A stretch of DNA of 64,000 nt. Source: a candidate division FCPU426 bacterium. GTDB lineage: Bacteria > Oederibacteriota > Muellerivitia > Muellerivitales > Muellerivitaceae. Within the stretch, counting starts at the first letter, position 1. Each line of letters starts with the position of its first letter. Shown here one piece after another: positions 40,640 through 50,750 of the stretch. A program made the position numbers and the translations under genes. The notes under the pieces were generated by a model. The model saw nothing but the letters and a program-made list of their open reading frames with translations. It had not been told where the DNA came from and made no database searches. The DNA lies in the NCBI GenBank assembly GCA_963796105.1, contig CAWCKJ010000004.1, positions 1 through 64,000 on the forward strand, given 5' to 3'.

Positions 40640-41638
40640 TCAAAGCGCCTCCAAGAACGCGAGTAACTTGTCGTCAGGACGATACCGCCCCGGTTTACAG
40701 GCGATGGCGGCTACACTAGACAAGGCTTTTTCTTTGAGTCGGAGATCCGCATGCATGTAGACCTGAGTGGTTTCAACGGATTCATGCCCAAGCCAGAGAG
40801 CGATTACCGATTGGTCAACCCCGTGTTGCAACAGTTCCATGGCTGTGCTGTGCCGCAGGACGTGAGGACTGACCCGCTTGCCGACAAGCGAGCTACAGTA
40901 CGCTGACGCTGATAGCGTGTGTTTTTGGACGATGTACTCAAATGCGTCACGACTCATCCGCTCTCCACGTATAGTCGGGAAAAGAGGACTGTTTTCAGCG
41001 CCTTGATGTTCTTTCAACCATGCTTCGAGTAGCTTTGCGGTTTCCTTTCGAAGTGGGGTGCACCGTTGTTTACGCCCTTTGCCTTCACACCGAATGTGAG
41101 CACCCTCGCCAAGCACGACATCTTGGGGACGAAGATTGATCAATTCGGATGAGCGAAGCCCCGTTTGTAATACAACCAGCAGGATCAACAGGTCACGACG
41201 GCCAACCCAGGTTTTCCGATCAGGTGCTTTGAGAAGCGCTTCAATCTCCGGCCGATCCAGAAAATCCACGGTTCGCCGGACATATCTTTTGCTCGGCATG
41301 GCCAGGATTTTTTGACAATGGAGCATATAGGCCGGCTCGCTCATTGCCACATAACGGAAGAAGGAGCGAATAGCTGTCAAACGAACATTCCTGCTACGCG
41401 CCGTATTCTTCCGGGCCGTTTCGACGTGATGGAGAAAATCACCCACCAGCCCCACATCCAAGTCTTCAATCCGAAGTTTCGTTGGGTCCTTGCCACGCTT
41501 TTCACTGGCGAAGCGCAGGAACAAGCGGAAGGTGTCGCGGTATCCGGCAATCGTATTTGGGCTCGCCTCCATCTGGTTGCGCAGACGGTCGGTAAAAAAG
41601 TGTTGGAGCATTGCCGGGAAGGTTGATGGGTTCATCAT
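40640..41638 (-). CDS. Tyrosine recombinase RitC-like
   Basis: GLRSSE, KGRK, HVLRHS, LGH, Y. Confidence 0.92.
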   Translation of the reverse strand: MMNPSTFPAMLQHFFTDRLRNQMEASPNTIAGYRDTFRLFLRFASEKRGKDPTKLRIEDLDVGLVGDFLHHVETARKNTARSRNVRLTAIRSFFRYVAMSEPAYMLHCQKILAMPSKRYVRRTVDFLDRPEIEALLKAPDRKTWVGRRDLLILLVVLQTGLRSSELINLRPQDVVLGEGAHIRCEGKGRKQRCTPLRKETAKLLEAWLKEHQGAENSPLFPTIRGERMSRDAFEYIVQKHTLSASAYCSSLVGKRVSPHVLRHSTAMELLQHGVDQSVIALWLGHESVETTQVYMHADLRLKEKALSSVAAIACKPGRYRPDDKLLAFLEAL

Positions 41639-42579
41639 CGCACCTCCACAGCCGAGTTACCGGTTACCCGCCGGGAGGCAAGTTCCAGCAATTCGGGAAC
41701 GGCCTCGATATACCAGTAGGTGTGCTCCGGACCGGAGTGACCCAGATATGTCGTCAGTTTGATCATTTCCCGGGTGACATCCTTGCCCGTGCGATACCAA
41801 CCCACCATCGTGCGTGCGGCGAAGGTGTGCCGGAGATCGTGGAGGCGCGGGCCTCGTCCATGTTTGCAGAACCGTTGGGGAGTCCGTAACCCAATTCGCT
41901 GGCAAACAACCGCGAAGTTGTAGCGCGCGCTGCAATCGTCCGGACGGTTTCCTTCCTCCGTGGCAAAGAAGGATTGCGGAACGAAGCCCACAAGCTGGTC
42001 GCGTTGGATAACGTAGGCCTTCAGGTGTTTGGAAACGTCCTTGGTGATGGGTACCGAGCGCGTTTTCCCACCCTTAGCACGCTGGATGGTCAAGACACCG
42101 CTGTCCAAATCAACATCATCGTTGTCCAGTCCAAGCGCTTCACTAACCCTGAGACCAGTTATTGCGATCAACCCAAAGAGGGTTGAAAAGGTCAACGCCC
42201 GTATGCCGCTCATGGAGGGCAGGCTGGACGCGGTTTCGACAATCCTTTTGATCTCTTCGTCGCTGTAGATGTGGGGCTTTGGACGGCGAAATCGATATGG
42301 AATAAGCCCCTTTGGTGGTACTTCATGCGCTGGATCAAGGCCATGAAGCCATTGCGCAAAAAGCCGGATCATTGTTAGGCGGGCGGCCCAAGTCGGACGG
42401 TGGGCCTTGCCAAAATCCTTTTGCCACTTCAGGAACAACTCGGTGGATATATGGTTAGCGCCTTGTTGTTCGGCGAAGGCAATAAACCTGCGAAGCACCC
42501 TGGCTGTCGTAGTGAGGTCAAAGCCCAGGCCGCGACGGATCATCAAATAACGGTCGAGTTCTTGGGATAGGTTGCTCAT
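41635..42579 (-). CDS. Tyrosine recombinase RitB-like
   Basis: GLRVSE, HDLRHT, LGH, YWY. Confidence 0.92.
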   Translation of the reverse strand: MSNLSQELDRYLMIRRGLGFDLTTTARVLRRFIAFAEQQGANHISTELFLKWQKDFGKAHRPTWAARLTMIRLFAQWLHGLDPAHEVPPKGLIPYRFRRPKPHIYSDEEIKRIVETASSLPSMSGIRALTFSTLFGLIAITGLRVSEALGLDNDDVDLDSGVLTIQRAKGGKTRSVPITKDVSKHLKAYVIQRDQLVGFVPQSFFATEEGNRPDDCSARYNFAVVCQRIGLRTPQRFCKHGRGPRLHDLRHTFAARTMVGWYRTGKDVTREMIKLTTYLGHSGPEHTYWYIEAVPELLELASRRVTGNSAVEVR

Positions 42580-43826
42580 TTCGCACCTACCTCAACCGGC
42601 CATGGCTGGGCGACCGAGCGCAAACCTTCAATATCGACCTTGGCGTAGATCATCGTTGTTTGCCTGGATCGGTGGCGGAGCACATCGCCCACTTCGGGAA
42701 GTGATGATCCATGCTTCATCAGTTTCATGGCCAGGCTATGCCTCAAAATGTTGGCGCCTACATATCGGACAGGAGGCCTCAAGCCGGTCTTGATAAAGGC
42801 TTCTTTCAAGACCGAGTTGAGGATTTCCGCACCTTGGAAAGGTAGTCGCGGGGCGCGCTCAGTGACGAACAATACCCTGGATGTCGTCTTGCGGTCGCGT
42901 CGGATATAGTCGGCAAGGACTTCACCAACGTCCTGAGGAAGAGGCATCCGGTCATGCAACTGTCCCTTGCCCCGAATGAGAATTTCGCCCTTGCGCCAGT
43001 CGATATCGTCGATTTGAACCGTGATGACCTCGGTGGGCCGCAGTCCAAGCCTGGCCATAAGAAGTATCATGGCGTAATTGCGTCGTCCGACAGGCGTATC
43101 TTTCCTGACGGCAGCAATGAGAGTTTCCACCTGTTCAGACGTTAGATGTCGTGGAAGGGATTGTTGGTGGGGTTGGGCGATCCGGGGGACACTGGGCGCC
43201 AGATTGGTTGCCGTTTTACCGCTTTTGAAAAGAAACAGCAGAAAATTCCTCAGATGTGTTGCCTGTGTCTTGTCCCGGAAAAGCTTTCGACGCGATAGCT
43301 GGAATTGAATGTACTTGATGATACCTTCTGGCGTAATTCCAGAAAGGTTATCCTTCCCGTCGGAGAAAAGGAATTTGAGAAATTGATTGGCGACATACCA
43401 GCAACGAAGGATTGATTTCTCGGTGAGCCCTCGCTGACGGCGGAGATACTCCTCGTAATCCATCCTCAAACGAAGGCGTGGAGCATCAGGGATCTTCGGG
43501 GCCAAGACAGGTTTTACCAAACCTAACCCCGCCAGGAATTTCATGAAATTCCTGGCCATGAAGTCGGCCTTTTTTTTCCAGGGTTCTGATGAATCAGAAC
43601 CCTGGAGAAGCTTTATGGCCTCATCCTCGTCAAGATTTTTTAGTTTGACTCCGGCTTCCTTCACGGCCCGATCAAGAACGGCGATACAAACTACGTATTG
43701 ATAAATTCTCGCCTGGCTGTATCCCTGGTTTTCCAGAAAGTTCTGGAACCGTCCCAGGTGCTTGCTAAACGGGCCATTGACCGTTTTGACCTTGGTACAA
43801 ACCCGCCCTGCTATAGATGATTTCAT
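42576..43826 (-). CDS. Tyrosine recombinase RitA-like
   Basis: GLRPTE, ILRHS, LRH, IYAK. Confidence 0.9.
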   Translation of the reverse strand: MKSSIAGRVCTKVKTVNGPFSKHLGRFQNFLENQGYSQARIYQYVVCIAVLDRAVKEAGVKLKNLDEDEAIKLLQGSDSSEPWKKKADFMARNFMKFLAGLGLVKPVLAPKIPDAPRLRLRMDYEEYLRRQRGLTEKSILRCWYVANQFLKFLFSDGKDNLSGITPEGIIKYIQFQLSRRKLFRDKTQATHLRNFLLFLFKSGKTATNLAPSVPRIAQPHQQSLPRHLTSEQVETLIAAVRKDTPVGRRNYAMILLMARLGLRPTEVITVQIDDIDWRKGEILIRGKGQLHDRMPLPQDVGEVLADYIRRDRKTTSRVLFVTERAPRLPFQGAEILNSVLKEAFIKTGLRPPVRYVGANILRHSLAMKLMKHGSSLPEVGDVLRHRSRQTTMIYAKVDIEGLRSVAQPWPVEVGAK

Positions 43827-44657
43827 CTCGTTGCTCCTTTTGACTGAATTTCCGACTAAGGAGCAAAAATAGCACAGACAAATCCGCCATCTGGTGTAAG
43901 TCAACCTAACTTCGATGGCCATTTCTACACCTCAAGCAGAGACCAATTCGCGGGTTTTATGCCGAATGAAATTTTCATTTTCTGATGAAAAACGGGCTGA
44001 CTGGAATCGGTTCGGCATAATCCGGGATTCGGCATTTTGCGTCAACTCGTGGAAAAGAGTTCCGTAATAGCCTTCCGTTGTTTTGAAAGCTTCCTTGAAG
44101 GGGAGGGTGATTCGGTCGGTCGCCGGGCTGTAAAAAGCTTTGTCCTTAACCTGGTCGAAAAGTATGGCGGCTCCCGAGTTCTTTATGATTTGGTCGGCTT
44201 CATCGACGTTCTTAACCTGGTTCCCGGTGAATTTCTCCTTCAAGTGGTCAAGTCCCTCGATCTGGTCAAGGTTGAAAACGTAGTGAAGGCGGATAAAGGG
44301 AAATGTTTTGGATAATTTTTTTCCCTGCTCGTCCCTTTCCTCCGTTGTCTTGCTCTTGATCTCAAAATAAATAATCTCGGTTCCCTTTTCCCCTTTCTTT
44401 ACGGTCCCGCCTAATGTCTTGGCTTGAAGAAAAGTCATCCATGCGGGGGAAGAGTAGTTTTCCTGTTGGCGCTTGTATCCCAAAAGAATCAAGTTCATCC
44501 CCTGGTAAATGTGGGAGGAAGAACCATTGACGGAAGGAACGAAAAACCAAGGCTTGTCCCATGGCATGACGCCCTTTTCCATGTCGGCGGTAATTTTTTC
44601 GGCTACTTCTTCGACTAAGTTTGAAAGCTTTTCTTTTGTTTCCATTGGTTTCCCCTT

Positions 44658-44783
44658 TCAGTTAATAATTTCGTTCTGGATCATTTCCAAGGCCCGGTCA
44701 ATTTCAGATTCGGGAACGGGGTGTTGCTTTACTTCCTCAAGGATTTCTTTTGTCTCTTTGAACTTCTTCATAAATTCGTTCAT
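44658..44783 (-). CDS. 41-aa hypothetical protein upstream of ardC
   Basis: AAGGAG RBS; MNEFMKKFKETKEILEEVKQHPVPESEIDRALEMIQNEIIN. Confidence 0.55.
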   Translation of the reverse strand: MNEFMKKFKETKEILEEVKQHPVPESEIDRALEMIQNEIIN

Positions 44784-44810
44784 CTAAGGCTCCTTTTTTT
44801 GATCTGCTCT

Positions 44811-45229
44811 TCGGGAACAGCCCTCCGGGGGCCGCCCTTCACAAATAGGCCGAGGAACGAGGCCGGTGAGGGCGGACACCGAGGGCAAAGGGGTTTATGG
44901 ACAAACGGAGGGCGCAAGCCCGGAGTGCCGGCCAGCAGGTCTTTCTCGTGAAGGAAAAGTTTGCGCGGTAGGGCTAGGCGAAGCCGACGCCCGTCAGCGA
45001 AACCGGAAGACGAGAAGGGCAATCTTGGCCCGACGGCCAGGAGGGCCGCCCTGGGAGGATGGAGGCGGCGTTAGCCGCTTTGACTCACGGGAAAGTTCCC
45101 TGGATCGGTCATCGTTGGGGTTGCCAGGGGGTTCTCCCCTTGGCTAGGGATGGGAAATGGGAAGGGGCTTTTCATCCCTTCCCCTGGGGGGTCCGGGGGA
45201 CGGCTCGAACGAGCCCGCCGCCCGGGCTA
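44811..45229. repeat. ~420-bp structured non-coding leader, copy 2
   Basis: Near-identical to 1489-1909. Confidence 0.9.
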
Positions 45230-45401
45230 GGTGGGGCCAGGGGAGGGTTGTTCCTCCCTGCTTTAAAAGAAATACGAGTCCCGACATTCTGGAAGCCCAC
45301 ACGTCCCCGATAGGGGCGGCGGGGCTTCCTCCCCCGCGGCCAAAGGTCGCGGTCGGGACGAGATAAAGGGGACCGGGGGCAAAGCCCCCGGTTGCGAGGC
45401 T

Positions 45402-45626
45402 CTATCCCGCCTTATTTACGAATTGAATATCCTCTTCAAAAATTTCTTCACAGTAGGGGCAAAATCCGGTGTCCGGGTCGAGTGAAAAAGTTTTTTTACC
45501 ACATGAAAGGCATTCCCCATTACAGGCGGGGCAATCCCTCCCCTCCTTTTCGGGGTCCCAACCGTGGCCACACTTCCACGGGGAAAAAGGGTAATGAAGA
45601 TGTGGTTTCACTTTGATCTGGTTCAT
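45402..45626 (-). CDS. Small zinc-ribbon protein
   Basis: CGH, CPAC, CLSC, CPYC; ATGA overlap with radC. Confidence 0.65.
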   Translation of the reverse strand: MNQIKVKPHLHYPFSPWKCGHGWDPEKEGRDCPACNGECLSCGKKTFSLDPDTGFCPYCEEIFEEDIQFVNKAG

Positions 45627-46114
45627 GCAAGTAACCCGGCGTGGCGGAATGAAAAATGGCTCTCGTGAGTAACAATGATGTGGTCGTGAACGGTGATTCC
45701 CATGGCCCGGCAAGCGGTGACAATCTGGCGGGTTAATTGGCGGTCGCCTTCGGAGGCTTCAAGGCTTCCCCCTGGGTGGTTGTGACTTAGCAAAATTCCG
45801 GAGGCGTCAAGCTCCAAAGCCTTCTTGATTATTTCCCTCGGGTAAACGGCGGTATGGTCAACCGTTCCTTCGCCTCCGCAAACAACATCAAGAAGATGAT
45901 TCCGATGGTCAACGTACATCGTTAGAAAACATTCCCTCTTTTTCCCTCCAATGTATTTGCGGAAATATTCGGCGGCGTCCCCTGGGCCACTTAGGGCGGG
46001 TCCCCTTTTGTAGTCGGCTCGTGCTTCTGCCCAAGAAACCACCGGAATGGTCGGCGGGGGTAACACCATCAAATCAAATTTCAACTGCTCCTGCTTTCTT
46101 GTGTTTGTTCTCAT
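45623..46114 (-). CDS. radC: RadC-like JAB domain protein (paralogue of 984-1460)
   Basis: VYPREIIKKAL, HNHPGG, SEGD, HDHII. Confidence 0.9.
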   Translation of the reverse strand: MRTNTRKQEQLKFDLMVLPPPTIPVVSWAEARADYKRGPALSGPGDAAEYFRKYIGGKKRECFLTMYVDHRNHLLDVVCGGEGTVDHTAVYPREIIKKALELDASGILLSHNHPGGSLEASEGDRQLTRQIVTACRAMGITVHDHIIVTHESHFSFRHAGLLA

Positions 46115-46496
46115 ATGCCCTGCTCCTTGATTTATTAGAGGAGAGAGCACCCTCCGGGTGCGCCCCCTCACAAAATCCTTGGGGGCGCAAACGGAGCGAA
46201 AAGAGGTGTTGGCTATGGAAAACCGATGCCGGGGGAAAGTGCGTCGTTTGTTTAAGCATTATTGGGGGAAAAGACAAAACATCCGTGAGGCCGGAATCGC
46301 GAGGAACGAAGCCCGGCCGTTTTGGCTTTTAGGCGCCGACCGACCCCAACGGCGTAGCCGCCCCCGGATCGGTTTTCTTCCATATTGACTTAAGTTGTGG
46401 GAGTTACGGGGGGATCTTCCAACCGGGCTAGGGATGGGATATGGGAAGGGTCAAGTCGATCATTTAAAAAAACTACGAAAATAATTGTCTAAAAAA

Positions 46497-46781
46497 TCAC
46501 CAATAAATCTCTCGATTAAGATTTGCCGCAACAAATTGTAAATTAATGTTTTGGAAAAACGGATGGAAATTGGGTGGCGCTAAAAAACCCATTCTTCCTC
46601 CCCCATTATCCCACACGGGAACAACTGTACCTTTCAGGCCAGCCCCATTGGCTTTTAATTGAAATAAATTCTTTTGGGCATTTTGAGATTGTTGACCTTG
46701 AGCGCCAAAGGAACTTTCAAGTGGAATAATAATAAGATCAACACCTTGTTCATTTATATGAGCTACTTTATATCTGGGCAT
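46497..46781 (-). CDS. Hypothetical protein
   Basis: AAGGAG RBS; 94 aa. Confidence 0.65.
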   Translation of the reverse strand: MPRYKVAHINEQGVDLIIIPLESSFGAQGQQSQNAQKNLFQLKANGAGLKGTVVPVWDNGGGRMGFLAPPNFHPFFQNINLQFVAANLNREIYW

Positions 46782-46813
46782 TATTTTCTCTCCTTATCTC
46801 TAAATATAATCTT

Positions 46814-47413
46814 TCAACTTATTACACCCCTAATCTCACCTTCAACTTTGAAATCGTCGGATGCTAAAAAAGGTTGATAGCTTTGGTTTAATGAAGCAAG
46901 TATTGGTTTCTTATCTTTTATTAGAACTTTTTTTATCATCGTCTCTCCATTATTAACACAAACCATAATGCATCCATTTTTCGGGGTATTAGTTTTTTTA
47001 ACAATCAATAGGTCACCATCACTGATTTTTGGAACCATTGAATCGCCTTTTGCTTTTACCATAAATGCATCTTTGGATGGAAAGGTTAGGAGTCTTGTTG
47101 TAATTGGAATTCTTTCTATAGGATTTCCATCAAGTATGGAACCGTTCGGACCGCATCGAGCCAAACCATACAAATTGAGAAGGGTTACTTGCTTTTCAGG
47201 AGCATCTTTTTTTAAAACCTGATAATCCCGAGGGTTGGAGGGATTTCTTTTCAAGTAACCTTTGATTTCCAATTGTTTAATGTGGTGGGCAACTACACTC
47301 TTCGACGACAAATCCAGCCTGTTTTTCATCTCTTGTATTGACAAGGGATCGTCAATTGTTTCGGCGAGCAAACCTAGAAGCTTTTCTTGGACATGATGAA
47401 GTTTCTTTTGCAT
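46814..47413 (-). CDS. LexA-like repressor (HTH + S24 peptidase)
   Basis: SKSVVAHHIKQLEIKGYL, Cys-Gly cleavage-like site ARCG, GDSM, MIKK. Confidence 0.88.
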   Translation of the reverse strand: MQKKLHHVQEKLLGLLAETIDDPLSIQEMKNRLDLSSKSVVAHHIKQLEIKGYLKRNPSNPRDYQVLKKDAPEKQVTLLNLYGLARCGPNGSILDGNPIERIPITTRLLTFPSKDAFMVKAKGDSMVPKISDGDLLIVKKTNTPKNGCIMVCVNNGETMIKKVLIKDKKPILASLNQSYQPFLASDDFKVEGEIRGVIS

Positions 47414-47453
47414 TTGTGGGTAATTTTACCAAAAAACCGACAAAAAGAACACC

Positions 47454-47482
47454 TTGACTCGTTCTAGTTTTCGTTCTAATAT
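47454..47482 (+). promoter_or_regulatory. Sigma70-type promoter with overlapping CGTTCTA repeats
   Basis: TTGACT-N17-TAATAT. Confidence 0.6.
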
Positions 47483-47520
47483 TGATTTGCTGTTAATTGT
47501 CGGATTGCGAGGTGATGAAA

Positions 47521-47691
47521 ATGTCGAAAGTATTACCGTATCATACAAATACAGAAGAATACCCGCCTTCACACAGAAATGTGTACCACGACCACGATGA
47601 TTGTAAATATGGGAAAGACATAAAACCATGGCATAAACTGCAAGGGACTGGTAATAAACCACGTTGCAAGGAATGCGAAAGACTTGGTTAA
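47521..47691 (+). CDS. Small His/Cys-rich protein
   Basis: GAGGTG RBS; YH...YHDHDDC...CKEC. Confidence 0.65.
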   Translation: MSKVLPYHTNTEEYPPSHRNVYHDHDDCKYGKDIKPWHKLQGTGNKPRCKECERLG

Positions 47692-47717
47692 ATTAGAAAT
47701 CCCATTTGATGGTTTTT

Positions 47718-47753
47718 AAAATGCCGGGGTTATAATTTCCCCGGCATTTTTTT
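47718..47753 (+). terminator. Intrinsic terminator
   Basis: AAAATGCCGGGG-loop-CCCCGGCATTTTTTT. Confidence 0.75.
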
Positions 47754-47758
47754 AGCCA

Positions 47759-49402
47759 CCTGAATTTTGCGCCTAATAAAAAAACCATCTAGGAAACCAT
47801 TATAGGATAAGGGTTGCGAAGCCAACTCATCCTAAAAGAGGGTCCCCCAGATGGTGAAACGTCAAGATACGCCTCAGAAATCAAACCCGCAAGTCCAGAA
47901 AAAAGCCAATCGAAACGGGAGAATCGCGCCCAAGATTACGGCCAATACTCCCGTAGGTATTTGCGAAGACCGCCTAACAGCTTTTGGCGGATTGTTGGCA
48001 TTGGCGAAGATGTTCGACCTTCTTGATTTTGAGCGGGAATTCAAAAAACACTATGCCGCACCTAAACGCCTTCCGAATTTGGGCCACTACCGGATGGTAA
48101 GCGGCATCCTAATGCTTCTTTTCATCGGGTTCCAAAGACTTGGCCATTTTGCCTACCTGCGGGGTGAGGTCATGCTGTGCGGTTTACTGCGGGTTCCCTT
48201 GTTGCCGGTAGTGACAACTTTTTGGAGATACCTGAGGTCGCTGGGGATCGGGCAGTCGGCATCGTTGCTGAATCTGAGTGGGGCGTTACGGGCCAAGGTT
48301 TGGGGACAGGTGAAATATGCCCCCAAGAAGGTGGAGATCAACATCGATACCACCACCGCAACGGTCTACGGAAATATCGAGGGAAGCCGAAAAGGATACA
48401 ACCCCAAGCACCGGGGCAAGAAGGGACTGAGGCCCATTCTGTGTTTTCTCCAGGAAACCCGGGAATATTTGTGCGGAACCCAAAGACGCGGAACCACCCT
48501 TAGTTCTGAGGAAGTGGCCCGCCAAATTAGACAATTCCGGCGACTCTTGCCGTCCTGTGTCCGGACGATTCTGGTGCGCGGTGACGGTGAAATGATCGGC
48601 TGGGAAAGCGTGAAAGCCTGTGAAAAAGAAGGGTTTTCTTTCATCTTCGGGAACAAGCGGCATGACCCGCCTTTCACGAAAAAGGGTTGGTACCGCCATG
48701 GAGAACACGAATACAACGAATGTGTCCATCAACCCATAGGCTGGCAACAACCAGTCCGGTTTGTGGCGATGAGGACGCTGGATGAAAAAGCGCGGGAGAA
48801 ACAATTGAGCCTTCCTGAAATGGAAGGATATGTCTACCGAATCTTCGCGACCAACTGTCTGGGAGCACCCCATCGGGTGGTTGAGGAATACGACCTGCGC
48901 GCGGATGTGGAAAACCTGATTGGTGAGGCGCAACGGGAGGGGTTATTAGCAATTCCCTCTAAGAGTTTCCAAAGCCACCATGCTTTTTTCCAGATCGTGA
49001 TGCTGGCTTACAACCTCTGGAGGTGGATGAAACTAATGGTGGGCCATTGTGGAAAAGAAAAGCGACCGGGAAAGAAGCCACAGGAGAAGGAACAGATCAC
49101 CATGCCGGACCATACCCTTCGGATCGCACGTTTGAAGATGCTCTTTGTAGCCGCCCGAATCCAGTATCACGGCCATCGGGATGTGGTGAGGTATTCAATC
49201 CATGATGATAGGACAGCGGGCCTATTGGGTTTCCTCAAATACCTTGATCGAAAACGATTGGAAAGACCCAGGGCGGCCTAGAAGTGGCTTGGTGCAAAAA
49301 ATTCTTTGCACATAAGTTCACTTCTGATGAAAATGGCCACTGTCGGGTCCCGATTCAGGCCGATCTGGCCACGGAATCGGTAAACTCGGTGCAAAATTCA
49401 GG
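47759..49402 (+). mobile_element. IS1380-family element (copy 4); transposase 47851-49281
   Basis: IRs; TSD AGCCA at 47754-47758 and 49403-49407. Confidence 0.95.
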
Positions 49403-49521
49403 AGCCAAATAGAAAATCATGGAGTAAAGGAAAAGGTACGCCGAGGATCACCGCAGGTAGCCAAAGCCAGGGGGAAGACAAGTTCTCACGGAGTATGTTT
49501 CCCCTGATGTAAAAAACTCCG

Positions 49522-49827
49522 TTACTCCAATAATACTATTCGATCTTCTTTCATCTGTTCTACAAACCTTGGTTTGTCCGTGATCTGATCTTTGAATAAA
49601 CAAACAACTTCAATTTTGGCTTTTTTGGCAATTTCGGAAATTAAATTCTCGGCGACTTGGACAGACATCTCTTTTTTAGTCACGCCAAAAGATGACGCCA
49701 AGGGAGCATTTAAATGGGAAGAAAGAGAATCAGGGGCTTCGGAAATGTCTATAATTTTCCCAACAAAGAAATGAGGATCTTTTTCGATCTCTTTAAGAAG
49801 GTTTTCATCAAGTTTCAGATTTGCCAT
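49522..49827 (-). CDS. Hypothetical protein
   Basis: 5 bp downstream of argB. Confidence 0.55.
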   Translation of the reverse strand: MANLKLDENLLKEIEKDPHFFVGKIIDISEAPDSLSSHLNAPLASSFGVTKKEMSVQVAENLISEIAKKAKIEVVCLFKDQITDKPRFVEQMKEDRIVLLE

Positions 49828-49832
49828 TTGAA

Positions 49833-50750
49833 TTAACCGGCAGTTTGTCTGGCTAGCTCATCCTTGATGAATTCTGTTCCAACGCCTTTATCCGTTAAAA
49901 TTTCATCGATGAAGGAATTCTCGTCGCCTTTAATAATATGACATTTGTGAACACCAGCATTTAAGACTTCGAGGCAAATATTAACCTTAGGTATCATTCC
50001 ACCCTTGATAACTTTTTTTGTTATTAAATCTTTAACCTGGCTTGTCGTTAAACTTGAGATAAGGTTTCCGTTTTCATCAAAAACACCATCTGTATCGGTC
50101 ATTAGGATTAATTTTTCGGCTTTAATTTTAGAAGCGATAATACCTGCAACGTCGTCGGCATTAACATTGAATCCGATATCATCGGGCTTTGTCCCAGCTG
50201 TTACGGATGAGACGATTGGGACAACATCTTCCGCAAGAGAGTTAAAAAGCGATACATCCACATCTTGTGGTTCTCCCACATAACCCAGGCCGAAAGATTC
50301 ATCTTTCTTCTTTGATCTCACAAAACCAGATTCACGACCCAGGATTAAGCCCTTGTATCCGTGCTTTGCAATTTCAACCTGAATTTCATGGCTTATTTCA
50401 GAAAAAACTTTAGCAGCTAATTGAAGTACCTCGCGAGAGGTTACTCTTAAACCATTATTTTTTTCAGGTTTAAGATTATTCTTTTTCATTTCCTCATCAA
50501 GCTGTCTTGAACCGCCATGAACCAAGACCACTTTGATTCCAACTTTTTTCAAAAACACCACATCTTCCACGAGAAAAGGTAATAAATTTGCCTCTTTGTT
50601 GTCCAATATAGACCCGCCAAGTTTTAAGACAAATTGCTTTTTTGCAAACTCATTTAAATAAGGAATGGCTTCTCGTAACCTTGGGCCGGAAAAATGAAAT
50701 GTTTTATGAAGTTCTCTTGCGGCCTTAATTAACGTTAGTTTTGGTGACAT
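49833..50750 (-). CDS. argB: Acetylglutamate kinase
   Basis: LKLGGS, VHGG, GLRVT, NVNAD, GGMIPKV. Confidence 0.88.
   Translation of the reverse strand: MSPKLTLIKAARELHKTFHFSGPRLREAIPYLNEFAKKQFVLKLGGSILDNKEANLLPFLVEDVVFLKKVGIKVVLVHGGSRQLDEEMKKNNLKPEKNNGLRVTSREVLQLAAKVFSEISHEIQVEIAKHGYKGLILGRESGFVRSKKKDESFGLGYVGEPQDVDVSLFNSLAEDVVPIVSSVTAGTKPDDIGFNVNADDVAGIIASKIKAEKLILMTDTDGVFDENGNLISSLTTSQVKDLITKKVIKGGMIPKVNICLEVLNAGVHKCHIIKGDENSFIDEILTDKGVGTEFIKDELARQTAG

Larger units (their letters stand above)
40531..44043 (-). mobile_element. RIT (recombinase-in-trio) element
   Basis: 33-bp IRs GACGCAAAATGCCGAATCCCGGATTATGCCGAA at 40551-40583 and 44011-44043; palindrome TTATGCCGATATCGGCATAA at 40531-40550; three overlapping tyrosine recombinase genes. 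Confidence 0.92.
40245..44645 (-). pseudogene. ardC: ArdC antirestriction protein (DUF1738) interrupted by a RIT element
   Basis: PWDKPW, YQGMN, WMTFLQA, VFNLDQ, HELT|HWTG, YAAEELVAEFGAA; the metalloprotease-like motif is split. Confidence 0.9.

Noticed and set aside
49410..49520. Possible c-di-GMP-I riboswitch
   Set aside because: Only a loose resemblance; the conserved motifs and pairings could not be matched.
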